This document shows, in pieces, positions 25,608 through 39,242 of a stretch of DNA of 64,000 nucleotides. This DNA comes from Azolla caroliniana (lineage: Eukaryota; Plantae; Polypodiophyta). Position numbers and translations under genes: made by a program. Every line of letters begins with the position of its first letter. Within the stretch, counting starts at the first letter, position 1. The notes beneath the pieces are model-generated. The model saw only the letters and a program-made list of their open reading frames with translations, made no database searches and was not told the DNA's origin. The DNA is taken from contig JBHGNT010000010.1 of the NCBI GenBank assembly GCA_043228905.1, forward strand, positions 6,820,001 through 6,884,000, read 5' to 3'.

Positions 25608-28600
25608 TGGCTTCCACAAGTGGAACTCAAGGAGAGGAATTAACGAAAGGTATGGTGTCCGTAGTGGAATACATGCTGAAGGTGAGAGATTGAGAAGCTC
25701 TAATCGACAAAGCTGTTGATAGTATAGTTGAGATAGCCGGACGATTTGGTGGCAAGAACATCACCGATTTTCTTGCTACCTATCGCAACGAGATGCAACA
25801 AAGGGATGTCAATGATCTCAAACAAATTTCTGGCTTCAAACGTGTGGTGGAACCAGGGATCCGCGAGCGCGTCATGGAGATTCAAAACGAGCATGCAACT
25901 TGGGCGGAGTTCGAAAAGGCTCTTCTCGTTGAATACATGCTTGAAGACGCATCACGGATGACTCAACATATGCTAATGTCTTGGATTGAGAAGAAAGGAA
26001 AGAATATGTGTGCATCTGGAGTATATGCCGAATTCGACCAGAAGTATAACCGACTTCCGAGTGTTGATCAACGAGTTCTTGATGGAGATAAAGTCCTACT
26101 ATTCCTGAAGGCAGTGGATGCGAAAGATCAACATGAATTGGGTAACTTTTTGGAGGATGAAACACAACCAAGTGGCTTGGTAGCGGACTAGGCGGCAGTG
26201 AAGAAGGCTTGTAGCCGTCTTGATAAGCATCGAAAACGGCAAGAGGAAACTGATTTGGAGAATCCACAATCGTGGAGGAGGAAGGCACCTCGTATGATCG
26301 AGTCTAACAAGCCGTTCAACAATTTCGATAAGAAAGCAATGGAGGAGTCTATAATCGAAGAGCTCTCCAAGAAGTTTGAAGCGGTATCGCTAGCCAACTT
26401 AGGTCGACGCGGGCCCAAGGGAAAAGAAGCGTATAGATGTGTGTGGTGCGATAGCTTTGAACACTCACGAAGGGAATGTGCTGACTTGCAAGATGCGATC
26501 CGCAAGAAGGTCGTCTATTTGGACGGCAACATGATTCACTCGAGTGAGACCCGAAAGCCACTACGAGTGAACTTCGGAAGAGGTGGGCTGAAAAAGATTG
26601 TAGAAGAAGAAGATGCAAGGCATGTGGAGGCTATGCACTATGCCGCTTTGGCTGGGATACGAGTTGGAAAAGAGAATCTTAAAATGATCAAGCCAGGAGC
26701 TGGGTTTTGGCCAACGGTCTTCGAGTGTGAAGAAAAAGGCAAAATCAATTCGGAGGATCTAAAACTTGCTGACCGAAACGTGTGACGAGCTACCGGATGG
26801 TCAGATCCAATCGACGAAAACACAAGCTTTGTGGAGGTTGTGTGTGACACCTATGAAGCCCTTGTCGAAGAGAAGAGGAAGAGAACCGGTGAAGAAGATA
26901 GCACATCAAAGCGTCCTAACACGAGGAACGGAGGGAAAGAAGGGCCACCCCAACCTATCCCAAGAAAAGAGATTGGTGAAACAAACATGAAGCCCGGTGG
27001 ATTGAGCCAACATGCTCGGATGGAAGTCGAAGAATCAACGAAGAAAGGAAAAGAACGAGCGGCACTGACTTACAAGCTAAGGTCGGACATAGAACAAACA
27101 ACTAACTTGCGGAAGGTCCTTGAGGAGAAGGTTTTAGATAGTCATGTCGACCTTACCTTGAGAGAGCTACTTGGGATCGTGAAGAAGGAGTTCCATGATA
27201 CTATCGTGGACCTTATTAAAAGGAAGCGGCAACAATCTGATGAAGAGGAGGTGAAAACAAGTGCCATAACCATGGCAAGATCGGAAGAGGAGGAAGAAGA
27301 AGAAGTGGTGGCGGATAGCCATTACTCGCGGCCTCATTGGGCAAGAGCGACAACGGAGACGCCGGTAAAGATCGGGGAGAAGAAAGAGACTGTGGTCGCT
27401 TTGATTGACCATGGCTCAGAGATCAACCTCATGTTGACCGAGTTCTACAAGAAAGGAAGATGGCCGATTAATACAAACCACGGATGGAAGATTCGAGCGG
27501 CGACGAAGGCTACGGAGGACTTGTACGGAGCGAAAGTGTTAAGTGACAAGAAAAGAAGGTATGCCGAAGTGAAGAGGGAGCTATGGGGAATCGTCTCGGC
27601 AATCAAATCTGATCGTGATTACCTTATTGGAGCAGAAGTCATAATTGAGACATATTGCCTACCAATTTTGGGTATGATATCTAGCTGTAATACACCGGAT
27701 ATTTCCATGTTGCGTTGGATTGCATATATCAAATCACTCAACCCGGAGATCCGTCATGTAGCTGGGAAGCGTAATGTCGTTGCAGTCATGCTATCACGAG
27801 CGAGATACGATGGAGAAGAAGATCGACATTCTGATCAAGATGATGTTGGCTTGGATTTCTTTGCAAGTTCCTACGCTCGGGTGTTGACTACTTTCATAGA
27901 AGAGGACTACGAAGGCGAATTCGTGGAGATCGGGAAATACTTGAGTTCTCTCCAAAAAGATGAATCATGGTCGATGGAAGACTTCCATCGAATTCGGAAG
28001 AAGGCATACAAGTATTTCCTTAAGGATGGAGCTCTTTGGAGGCATGCAAAAAAGAAGAATGGGACTCCGATGAGAGTTGTCTGCAAGCTAGAAGACCAAC
28101 AAAAACTAATGTCTGAATTTCATGATAGTGTTTTTGCAGGCCATCGAGGAATATGGGCTATGTTTGCGAAGCTTAAGGAGAAATATTGGTGGCTGGGCAT
28201 CTACAAAGATGTAGCAGCTTATGTGGAAACATGTAAGGAATGTCAAATGTTTTCGAATATTCGCCATCGAGATGGACTTCATCCGACTTACCCATTGGCT
28301 ATGCATTACAAGTGGATGGTGGACATCGTGATGATGCCAGTGGGGCGATGGCAGATGAAGTATCTTGTGCTCGCGAGAGAGGATCTTACCAATCAAGTTG
28401 AAGGGCGAGCATTAAGAACTAAGGAGACATCATCGGTATGCCGATTCCTTCTTGAAGATGTTATTTGCAGATATGGATGCGTCGGCAAGATAGTGGCTGA
28501 TAGAGGCGAGTTGGACGCTAATGAAGCTAGAGAATTCTTCTCGAGAATGGGAATCAAATTATCTCTTACCATGGCGTATAATCCGGAAGCAAATGGGAAG

Positions 28601-29239
28601 GTGGAACGTGGACATGGACCGATTGTGAAGGCTCTAGTGAAAGCTTGCCATGGGAAAATAGGAGAATGGCCGCGTCTATTGCCATTTGCACTATGGGCTG
28701 ACAGGACTACTCATAGCACGGTGACGGGATACATGCCAGCAGGGCTCATATTCAGCCAAAAGCCAATAATGCCTGTAGAACAAAGTATTATTTCATGGTT
28801 TGCATTGCCATGGCAAGATGAGATAAGTAGAAAAGATCTTCTAGCATTGAGGATTCGACAATTAGAGCGAAATTTGGAAGATATAGAGGAGGCTAAAGCG
28901 CGGCTAAAGAATGCAAGGCTAAAGAACAAGAAAGACTTCGATAAACGACATCGACTTCGGCCGAGGAAAATCGTTGAAGGAGATTGGGTGCTAGTCTATG
29001 ACAGTAGCCTAGATAACCAACATAGTACGGCTCGAAAATTCTCACAACGATGGTTTGGGCCATATGTGGTGAAGAAAGTGGAAGATAATGCAACATATCA
29101 TTTAGTAGAACTGGATGGTACACCACTTGCCTTGCCAATTGCCGGTAAAAGAATCAAGATCTTCAAGAGAAGAGATAGAATAGAAATTGGATTCAAAGCT
29201 TTTGACGATTCAGTCTTAAGCATCAATGAAAAAGTATAG
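25608..29239 (+). pseudogene. gag-pol: gag + truncated protease fused in frame to RNase H C-term + integrase
   Basis: Gag (RFGGKNITDFL, CVWCDSFEHSRREC) with a few stops. The 802-aa ORF runs ALIDHGSEIN...EDLYGA|KVLSDKKRRYAEVKRELWGIV...VADRGE. Confidence 0.93.
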
Positions 29240-31170
29240 TAAACAAAAGTGGAACCTCACCAAAATTGGCACATACCGATGAATGTGCAGGTTTGGTGGG
29301 GCGAATGTTGTGTGAATCTTCACACACTATGTAAAATAATAATAATGAAATAATTATTATAGATTAGATTAGTAGCTTACTATAGAAAGATGGATATACT
29401 CAAGAGCTCCAAAACGTTTTTACTATATACAAAATGGAGAAATACATATCAAGTTATGTGAAAATAAAGTTTGAGAATATAGGGAAATTAGAACTATCCC
29501 ACATAGATAGGAAAGTTAAGGCCCTGGCTATATAAGCACCTTGAGCTCCCTCATTTTTCATTTGTGCTAAGAGCACTTTGGCTACTTTGTCTTAATGGAT
29601 GATGGTGGCCAAATTCCCTAAATCCGGAAACCGGCTAGTAAACAAATCCAGAAACCGGTCGGTAAGCAAATCTGGAAACTGGTCCGGTAAGCAAATTCGG
29701 AAACCGGCCGGTATGCAAACCGGAAACCGGCCGGTAAGCAAAACCGGAAACCGGTTGGTGAGCAAAACTTAACTGGAATTGGGAAGCAAACCAGCACTGG
29801 AACCGGTCGGCAAGCAAAACCGGAACCGACAAGCAAACCGGAACCGGCCGGCAAGCAAAATCGGAAACGGAACTGTTCGACAAGCAAAATCAGAAACCGA
29901 CCGGTAAGCAAAACCGAAACTACAACCGGCAAGCAAAATGGAACCGGCCGGCGAGGGATTCGGCGATCGGGCGGAACCGGCTACCGAACGAGGTTGGATG
30001 TGGACGGACGGAAGATTGGATCATGCAACAAACTAAAGTAAAGTGAAGAGAACTAAAGTAAAGGCCATGTGGACGCAAGCAACTAAAGTTGGAGTGCATG
30101 CAAAAAGTAAAGGACATGTGGACGATCACATGCAACTAAACGAAAAAGCCATGCAACTAAAAATAGATGCAACTAAAAGAAAAAGTTAAGCAACTAAAAG
30201 TAGAGGCCATGCAACAAAAAGTGGACATGCAGATGATCAAGGAAAAACTCCATATAAAATTCCATTTTTTTTCCTACACTCATACTCTCCATATTATCTT
30301 AATTTTTTTTCTTTTCTTTGAGAGCTCCGCTATCTTATCGAAGCCATATCTCTCAAGTAAAACCCTAATTTCCTTACGGAAGCCATATCTTACTCATAAC
30401 CCTAAATTTCCATACGAAAGCTATTCAACTCATAAAACCATAATCTCTTATCAAAGCCAAGAACCTTAAATCTCTATGGAATCCATATCTTAGTTTCCTC
30501 TAATCAATTATTCTAGCAATCTCCTTAAGATAAAACTTTTGTAATCTCAATCTTGAGATTAATTGTAATCTTTCTTTCTATTTGTTAATGAAATTTGTTA
30601 ATCTTTCTCATTTCGGTTAATTCTTAGTACATTAAATACACGAATTTGATATCCTCTAGTCAAAGGCGCCGGGGTCTTGCCTCAACGTTCACGTATCCTC
30701 GTCGTATTTTCGTGACACCGTGATCTCTACCGAAGTGGCTCGTGACCCACGATGGGTGGAAGTAGTCGGCCTTCGCCCATTTCACACTACAAGCCTTCGT
30801 CACCGACTTGAGGGGGAGGAACCGATACTGCCTCAAAAAGGCCGAAGCCGACGAAAGCCAAAGTGGACATCGGAGCCTCACACTTGAGTTTGAAGGGGTG
30901 TGTTGAAATATCAAGCTCAATTATTTTTAGTTAGTTAGTCAACACACGTAACTTAGTAGTTACCTACATAGAATCTAGTTAGTGTGTTGACCTTAAAGCC
31001 TTAGATAGGATTTTGTACTTGAGTGGGATACATTGTAGATCCTCCACTCCCATGTTCATTTAGTATAAGACTTACACCTTTGTACCTATATTCTACTCAC
31101 ACACGTGCACCTTTACACATGAGATGTGTATATACCTCATTGTGGGTATTTTTGGATTTGATGATGCTTT

Positions 31171-34100
31171 TGTTACCAGCCGGCAAAGGAGTCCAGAGTG
31201 GGAAACGAGGAGTTATTTAAGTAGTAGGAATATGGTTGTAATTAAGCTATGAGTATGGACGGATGGACCGGAATCGGTATGCCGTTCCGGATCCAGACCG
31301 ATCCCGAACAGGTGCGGATGGCACCGTTTTGTAATACAGACTGGAAACCTATTTAAAGGCCCGGATACAATGTAATGAATAGCGGTTAATTAATAAAGCT
31401 TAGTGTTGTTATTTCTCTGTGTTAATTACCGTTCTGCCTTAATTGTTATATCTTACGCGTGTGATTATGAAAAACGATCATGCTAAGTAACTTAATTAAG
31501 TCGGATTAATTGTTGAGTCTAATCCTGTTGCCGTAACACCCTTTGGTGAAGTGTCTTTCATAGACACCCTGTGTTAGGCCATTGTTTGGCCCTAAGAGAT
31601 AACACAGTTTTTGGCGACCACGATTCCTGTTTTTGCAGCGAACGACGGCACGGATGGATGTCTAGATCAACGCACGACCTGGTTACAGATCGAACTCGAC
31701 GCCTTGCCGAAAGGCAAAGGAGATGTGAGCCTTTCCAGCAAGCGGCGCAGGAAATTAGAGCGGATCGCTCTTTTTCCAACGTAATCCGGAGAGTAGCGGA
31801 GGACTCCCTCTGGTTACAGCAAACATCACACCCGGACGACGACAACAGCCTAAGCAGCCTCCGGGAAACCGAATCCCTTCTCCACGCGTTGTCAAACGAA
31901 GAAGGCGAAGCAGAAGCCTTTTCAGCATATGAATCGGACTCCGAAGGGGAATACAGCGTGCACACGAACTACCGTAGCAGCAACGAAACCCCAGGCGGAA
32001 TGGAGGACGAAGGATCAGATACCTTACCGACACCGGAACCGGAAGTACTAACGTTGGAACCCCCGGAACCAGCAGAGGAAAAGCGACCTCCGACACCGGA
32101 AGTCGAAGAGGAGAGGCCTCCGTCACCAAAAGAAGAGGAAAAACAACCGACGCCGGAAACAAATCGGGAAAGACCACCGACACCGGAGAAAATTCCGGAA
32201 CGAGCACCAACACTGCCAGCCCACGCACCGATACTGGACGACGACATGCCGTTCCAGTACTCCAAGTATAGAGATGATCCAGACGCGGAAGCTCATGTGC
32301 ACGCCTTTGAACAGACATGGGAAGCCAACCATGTGTCCCAGCGATTGACTCCAGATGAAGAGGACCGCTCTAAGATAGCGGAATTTGGCGTCACATTGGA
32401 GGGACCGGCAGCAAGATGGTGCCGGACGCAGGACCCGTCTACTATCAACACCTTTGCAGATTTAAAAGCTAAATTCTTGCATTTTTTCCAAAAGGAGGTG
32501 GACCAGACCGTAATGGTAGGCTTATTTTATACCATCCGACAGGAAGCAGGGGAGAGCATTCCCCAGTTTGTCATCCGGTTCCAACGGACGCATAGTCAGC
32601 TTGCCCGCGCACCCCCGGAGGAGGAATTACGGACTATATTCCTAAACGCGCTCCGGGAACCCCTACGTACGGTGTGCACGGTAATTGACTTCCGCACAAG
32701 TACCATCGACCAGGTCATTGACCGGGTGAGAGAGATGGAAAAGACAAGCTCCTGGCTCACACTGGGAGCACTCCAACGGGCGTTACCATCCGATGAAGAC
32801 CTCAGGTTTCGGCAAGCAATACATTGCACAACCTGCTTAAATTCCGGACACTCGGTTCTAGAATGCACTATGAGGACGCAATGTGTAATCTGTCAATCCA
32901 AGGGCCATACGACGGATAGATGCGAGTATAATCTATTGAACCGGCAAGCACCGCCCGTCCGACAAATTGAGCCACGTAGCAGCCAGGATGAAGAAGAGGA
33001 ATGCTGGCGGCGAATGGACTGCGACCGACCGGCACAGGATATCCGGTACGACGATAGACGAGAGAATGATGTCTGGTACGGCGATCGGCAGGATAACTAT
33101 GACCGGCATGATCGGTACCAGGATTACAATAGACGATACGAACATTACGACCGGGATCACTCCCCTGGGTATCGTCAGCAACGGGAGGAATACGGCAGAT
33201 ATAACGGGCAACCCCGTCAAGAGTACCGCAATAAGAAGAGCTATAACAAAAAACAGCATTTCAAAAAAGGCGGCTACCCACGGTATCCGGAACAAGGAGC
33301 TTCAAGCAGCCAACCGGCCCAAAACCCCGCGCATACCGCAGGACCTGCCCCGGGTACAACAGACAATGCTGAATCCAGCAATACCCGGAAAGCCTACTGC
33401 TACTACTGCCGACAGGAAGGCCATTATAGTAATCAATGCCCGGTGAAGAGCTATAAAAAACGACCGACGATAAATATGGTAGTCCCTGAGGTGGCAGATC
33501 TACAGCAGGTGACCACAAGGCCGAGGGCCAGCCCGGAACTAGTCAACCGGAGACCACTACGACAGCGGGAGCAACGACGGAGACGCCGGTGTCAGAGCAA
33601 CAAACGGAGGAGCAGCCGCAGCAGCCACCAACAGACCCGTCGCAGCAGACATCAACAAAGCAACAACAACAACAACCAATTCCGGATGAACCATTGGAGA
33701 CTCTCGAACAAAGCATTATGGATATTTTGGACGAAGAATAGCAAGGGTCGGTTGTGGATTCGACGTACAAGGTACTGTCCGACGGGCGTGCCATGTGTTA
33801 CCGGCCGGCAAAGGAGTCCAGAGTGGGAAACGGGGAGTTATTTAAGTAGTAGGAATATGGTTGTAATTAAGCTATGAGTATGGACGGACGGACCAGAATC
33901 GGTATGCCGTTCCGGATCCGGACCAATCCCAAACAGGTGCGGATGGCACTGTTTTGTAATACAGACCGGAAACCTATTTAAAGGCCCGGATACAATGTAA
34001 TGAATAGCGGTTAATTAATAAAGCTTAGTGTTGTTATCTCTCTGTGTTAATTGCCGTTCTGCCTTAATTGTTATATCTTACGCTTGTGATTATGAAAAAC

Positions 34101-34229
34101 GATCATGCTAAGTAACTTAATTAAGTCGGATTAATCGTTGAGTCTAATCTTGTTGCCGTAACACCCTTTGGTGATGTGTCTTCCGTAGACACCCTGTGTT
34201 AGGCCATTGTCCGGCCCTAAGAGATAACA
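31171..34229 (+). mobile_element. Non-autonomous gag-only Ty3/gypsy element (Athila/Selgy-like), LTRs 31171-31604 and 33796-34229
   Basis: 434-bp LTR pair; TSD GCTTT/ACTTT; PBS TGGCGACCAC (tRNA-Arg-like) at ~31612; no pol domains. Confidence 0.95.
31658..33520 (+). CDS. gag: Gag with three CCHC zinc knuckles (frame stays open to 33877 beyond the deletion junction)
   Basis: Open frame; LEGPAARW...F..LKAKFL; CTTCLNSGHSVLEC, CVICQSKGHTTDRC, CYYCRQEGHYSNQC; homologous to 50954-52450. Confidence 0.88.
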
Positions 34230-37200
34230 ACTTTTTAATATACACTCTCATTAATCATCCCCCATTTATATTATTGTTCATAAGTGTAACTTGCTCTCTC
34301 TCTCTCTCTCTTCCTCTCACACACATATCTCATAATCTTCCGCTTATCAATTGTTGGGAAATCGGTCCCTCCGGATGGGATCCAGTTATGAATAAAGAGG
34401 GCCCGGTGAGAACCGGAAGAGATCCGGAAACCGAATCGGATGGACCTAGTGAAAACCGGAAGAGAAGACATACTTGTAAATGTGTTGAGTAAGCCTATTG
34501 AGGCTATATTTGTAAATAGCCCTAAGTTCATATAAGTATAAATATGACATAGGGCAATCACTTTGTGGTGTTTTTGTTGTCATATTGTTGTATGTGCGAG
34601 AGAGTAGCTACAAGCACTTTCTATTGTAACCGTCGTCTAGCGAAGATACAGAGCACGAGGTCATTGCCTCTATGCCTCTACTTTGTATTTCCTCTCATAT
34701 AGTGATAGTTGGAGTTCGTGGGCTCCCATGGTTATTCCCTATTAGGGTTTTCCACGTAAATATTCTGTGTACTCTCTATTTCCCATTTCTGTAATTCAAG
34801 ACTCAGTTGTGGCCGACCAATATTCCGCACTATTCTTTACAATCTGGTATCAAAGTGAACAACAAATGAAATGGAAGAATCGTTCGGTGGCATGTTCAAG
34901 CTCACCGGTTCCAACTACTCAGTTTGGAAGTCGAAGATGAGGGATATGCTGGTGGTTAAAGATCTTTGGTTGCCGGTACAGTTCAGGGACAAGAGACCGG
35001 ATAAAATCAATGCCACAATGTAGGAGGTGATGCACATGAAGACGACGGCATACATCCGGTGCTTCATCGACATGAGCCTGTACAACAACTTCAATGAAGA
35101 GAGCAAGGCTCATGAACTCTGGGAGAAGATCAGCATCATGTTCCAGAACAAGAATTTCATTAATCGGGTTTCAGTATTCCGAAAGCTAGTGAGGCTCTGG
35201 TACCAGCATGGCTCCAGCATGGCGGAGCACATGAATCCCTTCTAGGGGCTAATACACCAAGCAACCTCGTTGGAAGTACCTCTCGCCAATGAGGTACTCG
35301 CATTGCTCCTACTCGGTTCCCTCCTGGATAGCTGGGAGATGTTAGTTATCATGTTGGGCAACGCTGGGTCAGAAGGAAAACAGTTGTCCCTAGCAAGGGT
35401 AAAATCAAGCTTCCTAGATGAAGAAGCTCGCCAAAAGGACCGGGAGTCCAGAACCAATCCGAAGGCCTTGGCCACGAAAGATGACCACAACTGGGGAAGG
35501 CTGGTATCGGAGTCCCCAAAACCGGGACAAGTCGGGGATGAGGTCAAAGTCAAGGGGGAGGCCTACTTGCTTCTACTATGGGAAGCCGGGGCACTTCCAG
35601 AAGAACTGTCGGCATTTCCGGAAAGAGAAAGGAACCGACAGTGCCTATTCAAAGAAGGGTTTGGACCGGAAAGGGTCGGATCTAAAGGGAACGTCGGCGA
35701 TCGCGACAAGTGAAGAAGAACTGATGCTCATCATCGAGGAGAATGAGTTAAACCTTGTCGGCGACAAGACAACGTGGGTTGTCGATTCTGAAGCGTCATT
35801 CCACCTGACACTGGATCGGAAATGCTTCTCATCCTACACAACCAGTGATCATGGTTGTGTTCGGATGGGGAATGAAGGTATATGCCGAATTGTCGGCATA
35901 GGAGATGTGTTGTTGATGACACCAACTGGATGCAAGTTGCTTCTGAAGGATGTCTGACACATTCTAGAGGTTCGACTGAACCTGATATCAGTCGGTCGGC
36001 TAGATGATGAAGGTTACACGGGTAGCATCTGGAACGGAGTCATAAAGTTCAGCAAGGGAAGCTTGATTGTGGCTCGAGCCCTAAAGATCAACACATTGTA
36101 CTTGATGCATGCCCGGATATGCTGGGAGGAAGTGAACGTAGCATCCAACATTGTCGGTGAGTTGTAGCACAAGAGCTTGTGTCACATGAGTGAGAAGGGG
36201 ATGAAGAGACTTGCTGAAAACAATCTCATTCCGGTGAAGGACGTGCAACATGAGAAGTGCACTAATTTCTTGGCCGGAAAGAAAAACCGAACCTCCTTCC
36301 GTTCAAGACAACCGATGAGACAGAATGCACCACTGGAGCCGGTGCATACCGATGTGTGTCAAGTGAACAAGAAGTCACATGTCGGATCGCAGTACTTCAT
36401 AACATTCATAGATTACCACAGCCGGAAGATGTGGGTCTCACCATTGAAGACGAAGGATCAAGTGTTATCTGTCTTCAAGGAGCTCCACGCGATTGTGGAA
36501 AGAGAAACCGGTCAGAAGATGAAGGCGATTCGAGCAGATAATGGAGGAGAATATCGGGGGCAGTTTGAGGAGTACTATCGGTCGAAGGGAATCCAGCTCG
36601 AATTTACTGTGCCGAAGACACCGGAACTAAATGCGTTGGCCGAAAGGATGAACTGGACCATAATGGAGAGAGTTCAGAGCATGCTCATACATGCCAAGTT
36701 ATCCAAGATATTTTGGGCTAAGCCACTGACGACGGTGACCTACGTGATAAATAGATCACCCTCGGTACCCTTGGGAGGAGACTCACCTCAAAAAGTATGG
36801 ACCAGTAAAGTTGTATCTTACCAGCATCTAAAGGTGTTCAGGTGTCTCGCATACGTGCATGTGGTGAAGGACAAGAGAGCAAAGTTGGATCCGAAGTCCC
36901 GACCATGCAAATTCCTTGGATACGGCGATGATGAGTTCGGTTAGGTTACCGGGTGTGGGATCTGGTCGACAAGAAGGTGTTCATGAGTCGGGACATAGTC
37001 TTCATGGAAGATAGGACCATTGCAAACTGAGAGTCAGAGAAGAAGGTGATGAACTCCGGATCATCCAATGAAAACCAACTTGAGGACACAAGGACATACC
37101 CGGTTGAAAACCGGATGTTAGCCGATAACCGGATGACACTCGACGAACCGGCTGGATACGGACAAGAAACCGAACCGACCGAAGATGATGAAGAAGAAGA

Positions 37201-38474
37201 AGACACCGGAACTGGATAAGATCCCGAATCGGATGAGGATGAGGAACAAACGGAGGAACTGGTAGTCAGAAACCAAGGATGGAGATATCCTCTCCGAGAG
37301 AGAAGAGCCCCACGGAGATTTTCAGATGCAGAGCATGTGCTACTAAACGATGAGGGGGAGCCGGAAAGCCTTGAAGAAGCAAAGAGAAACACCCACAACC
37401 GCAAGTGGTTGAGTGCCATACAAGAGGAGATGGATTCCTTGCATGAGAACAACATGTATGAACTAACGGAGTTGCCGAAAGGGAAGAGAGCACTCGTGAA
37501 CAAGTGGGTGTACAAGCTGAAACCAGGAGATGCCGGAAACCCGCCGAGATACAAAGCCCGAATTGTAGTGAAGGGTTTCCAGCAAAAGAAGGGAGTAGAC
37601 TTCGATGAGATATTTGCCCCGGTTGTAAAGATCACATCCATCCGGACAGTATTGAGCATAGCGGCAAGCATGGACCTCAAGGTAGAGCAACTGGACATCA
37701 AGACGACATCCTACATGACGACCTCGAAGAAGAGATCTACATGCATCAACCAGAAGGATTTGAGAAGAAAGGGAAGGAGCACCTGGTGTGCCAGTTGGAA
37801 AAAGGCCTATATGGACTAAAGCAAGCTCCCCGGCAATAGTATCGGAAGTTCGACTCCTTCATGACCGACCAAGGGTACCACAAAACGCAAGCTGATCACT
37901 GCGTGTTTGTGAAGAAATTTGGCGAAGGAGATTTCCTGATACTTCCCCTATATGTGGATGATATGTTGATCGTCGGACGAGACCAAGGCAAGATTTGGAT
38001 GCTGAAGAAGGCTCTGAACCGGACCTTCTCAATGAAAGACTTGGGTCCGGTAAGACAGATATTGGGAATGCACATCATCCGGAACCGGTCGAAGAAGTTG
38101 TTGTGGTTGTCATAGGAGAAGTACGTGACAAAAGCGCTTCAAAGGTTCAACATGTTGGAGGCGAAACTGGTTGGATCGACACTTCCGGCAAATTGCAAGT
38201 TGTCCGGAAAGCAAAGCCTGAAGACAAAGGCAGAGAAGACGGATATGATGAAGATACCATAGGCCTCTGTTGTTTGGAGCTTCATGTATACGATGGTGTG
38301 TACCCGGCAGGACATCGGTTACGTTGTAGGAGTAGTCAGCCGGTTCATGAGCAATCCCAGAAGAGAGCACTGGAACGCGGTCAAGTGGATACTCTGGTAT
38401 CTGAAAGGCACCACGAGTATGTGCCTCTAGTTCGGCTCCGGTAATCCCCAACTTGACGGATTCACGGATTCAGA

Positions 38475-39242
38475 TGTTGGGAGACAGGTCCCTCCGGATG
38501 GGAAGGGAGAAGAACAGTGCTGATGAACAAGCTCGGCTGAGGCCGAAACCGGATGAGGAGTACCCGGCTACAGAGAGCCGGATGGTGCAGACCCGGTATG
38601 AACCGGATGAGGAGTACTCGGCTACGGAGAGCTGGATGGTGCAGACCCGGTATGAACCGGATGAGGAGTACCCGGCTACGGAGAGCCAGATGGTGCAGAC
38701 CCGGTATGAACCGGATGAGGAGTACCCGGCTACGGAGAGCCGGATGGCACAGACTCGGTATGAACCGAATGAGGAGTACCCGGCTACGGAGAGCCGGATG
38801 GTGCAGACCCGGTATGAACCGGATGAAGAGACTATATTTGTAAATAGCCGAAAAGTCATATTAGTATAAATATGACTTAGGGAAAACTTTTAGTATGTGT
38901 TGTTATTTTCTTGTTGGTGCAAGAAGAGAGAGCGTGTAACAGTGTACAGGTTGAGAGAGAGAGAGAACGAGATCGTTGCCTCTGTTGTAATCGCCGCCTG
39001 TGGCGAAGATCGTGAGCACGAGGTCGTTGCCTCCGTGGACTCACTGTTTGTACATTCCAATATAGTGATAGTTTGCAGCCTGTGGGCTGCCGTGGTTTTT
39101 CCCTCAGTTTGGGTTTTCCACGTGAACATCCTGTCTACCTTTTCTCTCCTTTGTGTCGTGCATTTGTTTCCCGTTTTCTGTGTATGATCCTACGCTCGGT
39201 TGTGGCCGAGCGTTGCGCAGAGGGAGCGTTCAGTTCCCTTCA
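38475..39242 (+). mobile_element. Solo copia LTR inserted at the RNase H TDSD motif
   Basis: TG...CA; perfect TSD TCAGA; family of 5978-6658. Confidence 0.93.
38547..38828. repeat. 54-bp tandem repeat x5 in U3
   Basis: AACCGGATGAGGAGTACCCGGCTACGGAGAGCCGGATGGTGCAGACCCGGTATG units. Confidence 0.95.

Larger units (their letters stand above)
24216..30717 (+). mobile_element. Ty3/gypsy (Phygy-like) element lacking RT; LTRs 24216-25553 and 29306-30717
   Basis: Highly similar LTR pair; TSD CCGA/CCGT; tRNA-Trp PBS 25558-25574. Confidence 0.97.

Noticed and set aside
38453-38869. Repeat-protein ORFs (also 42159-42781, 24509-24910, 58225-58590, 1810-2240)
   Set aside because: By-products of tandem repeats in LTR/non-coding regions; open in several frames.
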